Assembly (NCBI GenBank): GCA_017396965.1
Contig: JAFQKL010000314.1
Span: 1 to 41,208, forward strand
Direction of reading: 5' to 3'
DNA from: Clostridia bacterium
GTDB taxonomy: Bacteria > Bacillota > Clostridia > Oscillospirales > Feifaniaceae
DNA length: 41,208 nucleotides
In this document: positions 34,635 to 41,208 of the stretch, piece after piece
Position numbering within the stretch: the first letter of the stretch is position 1
Layout of the letters: every line of letters begins with the position of its first letter
The notes under the pieces: model-generated
Told to the model about the DNA's origin: nothing
Database searches by the model: none
The model's input: the letters and a program-made list of their open reading frames with translations, nothing else
Position numbers and translations under genes: made by a program

Positions 34635-35594
34635 ATGCTGAAAAAGCGAATCATCGACACCCACTGCGACACCCTGATGCTCTATTCCAAGGACACCACC
34701 GGCTTTGTCGGCGGCCCCTGGAATGTGACGCTCGACAAGATGCAGACCTACGAGAGCTACCTCGGCACCTTCGCCATGTATTACGACGCCACCCAGACCG
34801 ACGAGGAGCGCAAGGCGCAGCAGATCGCCTACCGCGAGGCGGTGGCCCATCTGCTGGCCAACCACCCCGTCCGCCCGGTGCGCACCGTGGCCGACCTTGA
34901 GACGCTCGACCGGGACGGCGGCATGGGGGTCCTGCTCTCCATCGAAAACGCCTGCGTGTTTGACGAGGACCGGGCCGAGTTGGACGCCGCCTGGGAGATG
35001 GGGGTGCGCATGATCTCCCTCACCCACTTCAAGGACAGCCAGTACGGCTGCGGCAACGCCATCAACAACACCCCCGAGCTGGACACCGGGCTCACCGAGC
35101 GGGGCAAGGCGATGGTCAAGCTGGTGGAAGAGCGGGGGATGATCTTCGATGTCTCCCACCTCTCCTTCAAGAGCTTCTGGGATGTGGCGGAAGCGGCGGA
35201 AAAGCCGTTTATCGCATCCCACTCCAATGCCTACGCCGTCCGCGACCACGGCAGAAACTTAAAAGACGAGATGTTCAAGGAGATCGTCCGCCGCGGCGGC
35301 CTCGCCGGCATCTGCTTCGCCCCCGGTTTTATCAGCACTGCTGAGAAGGTGACGGTGGCCCATGTGGCGGACCACGTCGACCACCTCTGCGCGCTTGGCG
35401 GCGAGAAGTGCATCTGTATCGGCGGCGATCTGGACGGGCTGGGCGATGACCTCATCCAGGGTCTGCACAACTGCGCCATGAGCTGGAATCTCGCCGAGGA
35501 GCTGCTGAAGCGCAACTACAGCGAGGCCCTTGTCGGCGATATCATGTGGGGCAATGCCAGGGAATTTTTAAAGAAAATGCTGCCGAAGGCGTAA
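34635..35594 (+). CDS. Membrane dipeptidase family protein (peptidase M19)
   Basis: ATG follows AGGAGGGA. The N-terminus IDTHCDTL, FDVSHLS and SHSNAYAV are typical M19 metal-ligand contexts. Confidence 0.8.
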   Translation: MLKKRIIDTHCDTLMLYSKDTTGFVGGPWNVTLDKMQTYESYLGTFAMYYDATQTDEERKAQQIAYREAVAHLLANHPVRPVRTVADLETLDRDGGMGVLLSIENACVFDEDRAELDAAWEMGVRMISLTHFKDSQYGCGNAINNTPELDTGLTERGKAMVKLVEERGMIFDVSHLSFKSFWDVAEAAEKPFIASHSNAYAVRDHGRNLKDEMFKEIVRRGGLAGICFAPGFISTAEKVTVAHVADHVDHLCALGGEKCICIGGDLDGLGDDLIQGLHNCAMSWNLAEELLKRNYSEALVGDIMWGNAREFLKKMLPKA

Positions 35595-35708
35595 GGCCCT
35601 CGGCTTGATCACAAAGCTTGGATCACGAGATCTTCATGGAGTTGTCTGCCGAGCAGAGTTTCCCGGCGGGATGGCAGCTCCCATGCCTCAGGAAAGGCGG
35701 CAAAATAA

Positions 35709-37181
35709 ATGGTTTATATCAGTACAAGAGACAAGACGAATGAGGTCAACGGATGTGAGGCCGTCGTGCAGGGCATCGCGGCAGACGGTGGACTCTTTGT
35801 CCCCAGGGAGATCCCGTGCCCCGGCCGCGAGGCGCTGCTGGCGCTGGGTGAGCTTTCCTATGTGGAGCTTGCGGCCAAAATCCTCACCCTCTATTTCCCC
35901 GAGATTGGCGAAGAGAAGCTGAAAGCCGCCTGTGAGGCGGCCTATGCACCGGAGAAGTTCGGCGCGGAGCAGCCGGTACGCCTGGTGTCGCTCGGCGACA
36001 AGAACACCATGCTCGAACTGTGGCACGGCCCGACCCTGGCCTTCAAGGACATGGCTCTGCAGCTGCTGCCCCATCTGCTCACCCTCTCGCTGGAGACGAC
36101 CGGCGACAGCCGCCGCGCACTCATCCTCACCGCCACCTCGGGTGACACCGGCAAGGCGGCACTGGAGGGCTTTACCGACGTCCCCGGCACCGGGGTGGCC
36201 GTCTTCTACCCCGCTTACGGGGTCAGTGAGATGCAGCGTCTGCAGATGGTGACCCATCGGGCGTCCAACGTGAAGGTCTTCCCGGTGGACGGCAATTTTG
36301 ACGACACCCAGACCGGTGTCAAGAACATCTTTGCCGACCGGGAGGCGGCTGCGGACGCGGCGGAAAAGGGCGTGTTCCTCTCCTCCGCCAACTCTATCAA
36401 CATCGGTCGCCTCGCGCCTCAGATCGTCTACTATATCTACGGCTGGCTGGAAATGGTCAAGAGCGGCCGCCTGACAGCGGAGCAGCCTTTTGATGTGGCG
36501 GTCCCCACCGGCAACTTCGGCAATATCCTCGCCGCCTGGTTTGCCAAAGAGATGGGGGTGCCGATCCGGCGGCTGATCTGCGCCTCCAACCGCAACAACA
36601 TCCTCACCGATTTCTTTGAAACCGGCCTTTACGACACCCACCGTCCCTTCCACAAGACCAGCTCGCCCTCGATGGATATTCTGGTGTCCAGCAACCTCGA
36701 GCGCCTGCTGTTCTACCTTGTGGACCGGGACGACAAGGCCGTCGCGGACATGATGCAGGCGCTGAAGCGCGAGGGCAGTTACCGTCTGCTGGATCAGGCG
36801 CTGACCCGTGCGCAGTCCTTCCTGACGGCCGCCTGGGCCGACGAAGCGGAGTGTGAGCGGGTGATTGGCCGTCTCTGGCAGGATTACGGCTACGCCGCCG
36901 ACCCCCATACCGCTGTCGCCATGTCCGCCGTCTGGCAGAAGGAGGACGATACGCCCACTCTCATCGCCTCCACCGCCTCGCCCTATAAGTTCTCCTCCAC
37001 CGTCCTGCGCGGCATCGGCAAGGATGTGTCGGAAGACGAGTTTCAGAACCTCGCAGCCCTGGCGGACACGCTGGGTCAGACTGTCCCCGAAAAGCTCGAC
37101 GAGCTGCGCCGCCTGCCGGTGCGCTTTGATTCGGTCCATGCGAAGCAGGAGATGCCGGCGCTGGTGCGGGAGATGTTCTGA
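35709..37181 (+). CDS. thrC: Threonine synthase
   Basis: 490 aa with N-terminus YISTRD, PLP lysine in TLAFKDMALQLL, and TSGDTGKAA. Confidence 0.95.
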   Translation: MVYISTRDKTNEVNGCEAVVQGIAADGGLFVPREIPCPGREALLALGELSYVELAAKILTLYFPEIGEEKLKAACEAAYAPEKFGAEQPVRLVSLGDKNTMLELWHGPTLAFKDMALQLLPHLLTLSLETTGDSRRALILTATSGDTGKAALEGFTDVPGTGVAVFYPAYGVSEMQRLQMVTHRASNVKVFPVDGNFDDTQTGVKNIFADREAAADAAEKGVFLSSANSINIGRLAPQIVYYIYGWLEMVKSGRLTAEQPFDVAVPTGNFGNILAAWFAKEMGVPIRRLICASNRNNILTDFFETGLYDTHRPFHKTSSPSMDILVSSNLERLLFYLVDRDDKAVADMMQALKREGSYRLLDQALTRAQSFLTAAWADEAECERVIGRLWQDYGYAADPHTAVAMSAVWQKEDDTPTLIASTASPYKFSSTVLRGIGKDVSEDEFQNLAALADTLGQTVPEKLDELRRLPVRFDSVHAKQEMPALVREMF

Positions 37182-37231
37182 GGATTCCCCGCGTTTGCAG
37201 CCGGACAAACGGCGTACGCAGCGAGCTGCAT

Positions 37232-37267
37232 GAAAAAGAAAAACCGGGAGAGCGTCAGCTCCCCCGG
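37232..37267 (-). terminator. Terminator of the DUF1540 gene (possibly also stops thrC read-through)
   Basis: Stem CCGGGAGAGC (37244-37253) / GCTCCCCCGG (37258-37267) with one mismatch. On the minus strand it is followed by UUUUUCUUUUUC. Confidence 0.6.
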
Positions 37268-37285
37268 TTGCCCGATCCGCTGCCG

Positions 37286-37465
37286 TCAGCGGCAGGACTC
37301 GTAGGTGGCGCAGCTGGTCTCAGACTTGTCAGAGACCTGGCCGTTGGTCGCGCTGTTGCCGCAGCCGCGCACCGCGATGACCGGTGCGTTGCAGCAGTCC
37401 TTGCCGCAGTGATAACGGCAGGAATCCACGGTGCAGTTGACGCCGCGATTGGTGTAGTCGCTCAT
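37286..37465 (-). CDS. DUF1540 domain small Cys-rich protein
   Basis: Absent from the ORF track because it is 59 aa. My translation is MSDYTNRGVNCTVDSCRYHCGKDCCNAPVIAVRGCGNSATNGQVSDKSETSCATYESCR. AAAGGAG lies 8 nt upstream of the ATG, and the CxVxxCxY...CxA..I.V...T.C.T pattern fits DUF1540. Confidence 0.75.
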   Translation of the reverse strand: MSDYTNRGVNCTVDSCRYHCGKDCCNAPVIAVRGCGNSATNGQVSDKSETSCATYESCR

Positions 37466-37616
37466 GAGAATTGCTCCTTTCGCGTTTGTCGTTTCACGGA
37501 TTGATTTCCCGTGCCACGCTCAGTCTGCCCCGTCTGCCGCCAAATATCCGCGGCAGGGCAGGGTGGTTTTACCGATTGACAGCCTCTGTTTTATAAAGAG
37601 GCGTTCGGAAAAGGAG

Positions 37617-38369
37617 GTGTCTGCCATCGTCCACATCATTGCCGATCCGCATCTGGGGGAGTCGGTCGACAAGCCCATGCGGGTCTTCGGAAGTGAGTGG
37701 GAGGATCACGTCCGCAAGTTCAAAGAGGCCTGGCTTGCCCAGGTGGCCCCGGAAGACACGGTCTTTCTGCCCGGGGACATCTCCTGGGGGATCGACTTAA
37801 ACGAAGCACTGGCGGACTTTCTCTTCCTCGAGCAGCTGCCCGGGAAAAAGATCCTCTCCAAAGGCAATCACGATTACTGGTGGACCACCCTTTCCAAAAT
37901 GCAGAAATTTCTCGATGACAACGCCCTGACCACCATCTCGTTTCTCCACAATGATGCCGTTGCCGTCGAAGGCATGATTGTCTGCGGCAGCAAGGGCTAT
38001 CTGTGGGATGCCGGAGAACCCGTCACCCAAAACGAAAAACTCATCCGCCGGGAGGCGGCACGGCTGGAGCTGTCGCTCAAGGCGGGGCGGAAGCTGCGCA
38101 AAACCTGCCCCGGGTATGAGGCCGCAGAACTGGTGGTGGTGCTTCACTATCCGCCGCTGACGGTGGGGCAGCGCAACGAGCCGATCCTCTCCCTGCTGCA
38201 CGAGTACGACATCAAACGCTGCTATTTCGGCCACATCCACGGCCCCGGAAAGGCCGCGGCCGTCACCGGCGAGGTGGACGGGGTGAGCTATTTCCTCGTC
38301 TCGGCGGATTTTTTGTCATTCTGTCCGCAGAAAATGAACAAAAACAGTTTCCTTTTGAGAGATTTATGA
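37617..38369 (+). CDS. Metallophosphoesterase family protein
   Basis: IIADPHLGE, LPGDISW and GNHDYWW are metal-binding motifs. The start is uncertain. GTG 37617 sits inside the AAGGAGG, while ATC 37626 has ideal 8-nt spacing. The track ATG at 37464 would add 51 unsupported residues. Confidence 0.8.
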   Translation: MSAIVHIIADPHLGESVDKPMRVFGSEWEDHVRKFKEAWLAQVAPEDTVFLPGDISWGIDLNEALADFLFLEQLPGKKILSKGNHDYWWTTLSKMQKFLDDNALTTISFLHNDAVAVEGMIVCGSKGYLWDAGEPVTQNEKLIRREAARLELSLKAGRKLRKTCPGYEAAELVVVLHYPPLTVGQRNEPILSLLHEYDIKRCYFGHIHGPGKAAAVTGEVDGVSYFLVSADFLSFCPQKMNKNSFLLRDL

Positions 38370-38375
38370 TATAAT
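38367..38375 (+). promoter_or_regulatory. Possible extended -10 promoter for tig (TGaTATAAT)
   Basis: TGATATAAT at 38367-38375, overlapping the stop of the upstream CDS. I found no good -35. Confidence 0.35.
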
Positions 38376-38465
38376 GTCTTTTGCTGGCCGTGGTTTTTGT
38401 CGGAGCCTCCGGCAAACGCCGTCCAGTGACCATAAACCAAGATAAAAAACGGAGGTACACATATT

Positions 38466-39848
38466 ATGAAGGTTTTAAACCAAAAGGAGCTCCCCAATTC
38501 CCAGGTTCATCTTGAGATCCGCGTCGAAGGCGAGGAATTCCAGAAGGGTCTGGATGCCGCGTACCGCAAGAATGCTCCCAAGATGAGCGTCCCCGGTTTT
38601 CGCAAGGGCAAGGCTCCCAAGAATCTGGTGCTGAAGACCTATGGTATCGGCGTCCTCTTTGACGATGCCATCAGCGAGACCTATCCCGCCGCTTATGAGG
38701 CAGCCATCACTGAGGCCGGCATTGAGCCTGTTGAGTACCCCGAGGTCACCGTGCTCGATATCAATGAGGAAGGTTACACCTTCACTGCCACCGTTACCAG
38801 AAAGCCGGATGTCAAGCTCGGTGAATACCGCGGCCTCTCCGCCTACAAGCCCTCTGTCGAAGTGACCGAGGAGGAGGTTGAGGAGGAGATCGAGGCCCTG
38901 CGCGAGAGAAATGCCCGCCTGGTTGAGATCGAGCCCCGCCCCGTGGAGCAGGGTGATATCGCCCTCATCGACTACGTCGGCAAGAAGGACGGCGTCCCCT
39001 TTGAAGGCGGTACCGCTGCCGGCCATCAGCTTGAAATCGGCTCCGGCCAGTTCATCGCCGGCTTTGAGGATGCCATCATCGGCCATACCCCCGGTGAGAC
39101 CTTCGACATCAACGTCAGCTTCCCCGAGGAGTACCCCGTGGAGGATCTGGCCGGTCAGCCCGTTGTCTTCACCATCACCCTGCACGCCATCAAGAAGAAT
39201 GAGCGCCCCGAGCTGGACGATGAGTTCGCCAAGGACGTCTCCGATGCTTACAACACCGTCGCCGATCTGCGCGAGGGCATGAAGAAGGCTGTGGAGGAGT
39301 TCAAGATCAACCAGGCCGAGCGCACCTTTGAGGATGGTCTCCTTTCCCAGATCGTTGAGGGCATGGAGGTAGAGGTTCCGCAGGTGTTAATTGATGCCAA
39401 GATTGACAGTCTGGTGGAGGACTTTGGGTTCCGTCTGGAGCAGCAGGGCATCAACCTGGATACCTACCTTGCCATGATCAAGCTCGAAAAGGCTGATTTC
39501 CGCAAGAACTTTGAGGGTTCGGCGATCAATGCCGTCAAGACCTCCCTGGCCCTGGAGGCCATTGTCAAGGCCGAGGACATTGATATCACGGAGGACGAGT
39601 TCAACGCCGAGCTGCAGAAGATCGCCGATCAGGTCGGCATCGAGGTGGACAAGCTGGCCGACATGATCGACAGAGCTGCTCTGGGCCGTGAGATTGCCGT
39701 CACCAAGGCCGTTGAGCTGATCAAGAGCACCGCCACTGCGCTGGATACCCCGCCCAGCAAGGAAGAGCTGGCCGACATCATCAAGAACAACACCACCGTT
39801 CTTGACATCCCCGCCGCCGGCGAGGAGGAAAAGAAGGACGAGGAATAA
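38466..39848 (+). CDS. tig: Trigger factor
   Basis: 460 aa. The N-terminal ribosome-binding motif GFRKGKAP and the central FKBP PPIase domain (DYVGKKDGVPFEGG) are present. ACGGAGG precedes the ATG. Confidence 0.95.
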   Translation: MKVLNQKELPNSQVHLEIRVEGEEFQKGLDAAYRKNAPKMSVPGFRKGKAPKNLVLKTYGIGVLFDDAISETYPAAYEAAITEAGIEPVEYPEVTVLDINEEGYTFTATVTRKPDVKLGEYRGLSAYKPSVEVTEEEVEEEIEALRERNARLVEIEPRPVEQGDIALIDYVGKKDGVPFEGGTAAGHQLEIGSGQFIAGFEDAIIGHTPGETFDINVSFPEEYPVEDLAGQPVVFTITLHAIKKNERPELDDEFAKDVSDAYNTVADLREGMKKAVEEFKINQAERTFEDGLLSQIVEGMEVEVPQVLIDAKIDSLVEDFGFRLEQQGINLDTYLAMIKLEKADFRKNFEGSAINAVKTSLALEAIVKAEDIDITEDEFNAELQKIADQVGIEVDKLADMIDRAALGREIAVTKAVELIKSTATALDTPPSKEELADIIKNNTTVLDIPAAGEEEKKDEE

Positions 39849-39959
39849 TTTCCCCGTTTTTCGCTTCGAAATGGAACAAAACGGCGACTGTTTACGACAA
39901 AAAGAGGGAAGGGGGTCATCCCGCTTCCTCTGGTCTGAGTGCAGCGCCTCATCCGCTGC

Positions 39960-39994
39960 AGACCGCGCGAAGGAGTTTTTCCTCCGCGCGGTCT
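39960..39994 (+). terminator. GC-rich hairpin in the tig-clpP spacer (possible tig terminator)
   Basis: AGACCGCGC (39960-39968) / GCGCGGTCT (39986-39994) plus inner GGAG/CTCC pairing. The 3' flank UGGAGUAUACUUUUC is a poor U-tract. Confidence 0.35.
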
Positions 39995-40109
39995 TGGAGT
40001 ATACTTTTCAAAGCGGCGGCGTATACTCGGGGTGGAATTCCGGCAGACTTTGCCGGGCAATCATCCGAAATACCCGCCGAAAGCGGCACAATGCGAAGGA
40101 GGAAAAAGC

Positions 40110-40691
40110 ATGAGTCTGGTTCCGGTCGTCGTCGAGCAAACCTCACGCGGGGAGCGCTCGTATGACATTTATTCAAGACTTCTCAACGACCGCATCGTCT
40201 TTTTGTCCGATGAGGTCAACGATGTCACCGCCAGCCTTGTCACGGCCCAGCTGCTCTACCTGGAGGCGCAGGACCCCGACAAGGACATCTCCTTTTATAT
40301 CAACAGCCCCGGCGGTTCCGTCTCGGCGGGACTGGCCATCTTCGACACCATGAATTATATCAAGTGCGATGTCTCCACCATCTGCATCGGCATGGCGGCC
40401 AGCATGGGCGCCTTCCTGCTGGCGGCGGGAGCCAAGGGCAAGCGTCTGGCGCTGCCCAACGCCGAGATTATGATTCATCAGCCGATGGGTGGCACTCGTG
40501 GTCAGGCCAGCGACATCAAGATCCACGCAGACCACATCTTAAAGACCCGCGCCACCCTCAACCGCATCCTCTCCGAGGTCACCGGCCAGCCGCTGGAGAC
40601 CATTGAGCGGGATACCGAGAGAGACAACTTCATGTCGGCCGCAGAGGCCGCGGCCTACGGCCTGATTGATCGGGTCATCGAAAAGCGCTGA
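40110..40691 (+). CDS. clpP: ATP-dependent Clp protease proteolytic subunit
   Basis: ATG 40110 follows AAGGAGG. It contains [11 protein letters not shown], catalytic Ser in [11 protein letters not shown], and His in IMIHQP. Confidence 0.95.
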   Translation: MSLVPVVVEQTSRGERSYDIYSRLLNDRIVFLSDEVNDVTASLVTAQLLYLEAQDPDKDISFYINSPGGSVSAGLAIFDTMNYIKCDVSTICIGMAASMGAFLLAAGAKGKRLALPNAEIMIHQPMGGTRGQASDIKIHADHILKTRATLNRILSEVTGQPLETIERDTERDNFMSAAEAAAYGLIDRVIEKR

Positions 40692-40744
40692 TCCGGCTCC
40701 GCCGGACGGCGGACCACTCCAAGTTACGAGAAAAGAGAGAGAGT

Positions 40745-41208
40745 ATGCCTAACAATACCAACCACGAGATCACCTGCTCCTTCTGCGGGAAACCGGCCGG
40801 CGAGGCGCGCCGCATCATCGCCGGCATCTCGGCCTATATCTGCGATGAGTGCGTGGAGATGTGTTATGACCTCATTGACGATGGGGTCGAGGCGGCCCCG
40901 CAGCCCGGCAAGCCGGAGAAGGGCGAGTCGCTGCCCACTACCATGGATATGCTGCCGACCCCGAGAGAGCTGAAAGCCTTGCTCGATGAATATGTCATCG
41001 GCCAGGAGGAGGCCAAGGTGGTGCTGGCGGTCTCGGTCTACAACCACTACAAGCGCATCTACTTCGGCAGCGAGGGCGAGGTGGAGCTGCAAAAGAGCAA
41101 TGTCGTACTCCTCGGGCCCACCGGCGTCGGCAAGACGCTGCTGGCCCAGACCCTGGCCCGCGCCCTCAAGGTCCCCTTTGCCATCTCGGATGCCACAACC
41201 CTGACCGA
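40745..41208 (+). CDS. clpX: ATP-dependent Clp protease ATP-binding subunit ClpX (3'-truncated by the window end)
   Basis: My translation shows the zinc-binding N-terminus CSFCGK...ICDECV, then [12 protein letters not shown] and Walker [14 protein letters not shown]. The frame is open to position 41208. Confidence 0.95.
   Translation, partial: MPNNTNHEITCSFCGKPAGEARRIIAGISAYICDECVEMCYDLIDDGVEAAPQPGKPEKGESLPTTMDMLPTPRELKALLDEYVIGQEEAKVVLAVSVYNHYKRIYFGSEGEVELQKSNVVLLGPTGVGKTLLAQTLARALKVPFAISDATTLT

Noticed and set aside
35595-35708. Direct repeat CTTGATCAC / CTTGGATCAC in the 114-nt spacer before thrC, considered as a T-box or riboswitch leader.
   Set aside because: The region is too short and lacks T-box, SAM or lysine-type conserved cores. 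Two imperfect 9-10-mers are not enough to call a regulatory site.
37576-37597. TTGACA (37576-37581) and TATAAA (37592-37597) upstream of the metallophosphoesterase gene.
   Set aside because: The spacer is only 10 nt, which is incompatible with a sigmaA -35/-10 pair.

Overview
This is a high-GC (about 60% by eye) chromosomal segment of Firmicutes/Clostridia type from an apparent spore-former. The taxon cannot be verified without a search. About 45 protein genes can be supported. The housekeeping backbone is gap; pyrH-frr-uppS-(membrane ORF)-cdsA-dxr-rseP-ispG-polC; rplS-lepB-rbgA-rnhB; thrC; and tig-clpP-clpX (clpX is cut by the window end). Sporulation-associated genes lie between these blocks: an alpha/beta-type SASP, a spoIVA-M23-M50 operon, a DUF421/DUF4363 pair, a DUF1540 protein and an orphan cytoplasmic histidine kinase. 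Accessory content includes a RelE/ParE-RelB/DinJ toxin-antitoxin pair and a solo small serine recombinase. There is also a co-oriented run of eight genes: formamidase, sirtuin, racemase, aminotransferase, RidA, GNAT, tautomerase and a small zinc-ribbon membrane protein. I saw no rRNA, tRNA, CRISPR array, transposase or phage genes. The most unusual signal is the 518-nt non-coding gap after polC (24272-24789). It has a perfect sigmaA-type promoter followed by about 440 nt of GC-rich, multi-helix RNA structure that I cannot assign to any RNA family I know. Other points worth a second look are the translationally coupled spoIVA-M23-M50 operon, an RNase HII-YraN fusion ORF, the solo recombinase with an AT-rich 5' half, and several long structured leaders. 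Many long ORFs in the supplied track are antisense artefacts of high GC content, and several track starts are over-extended. I re-placed those starts using RBS spacing. All family names come from motif recognition by eye. No database search was run.
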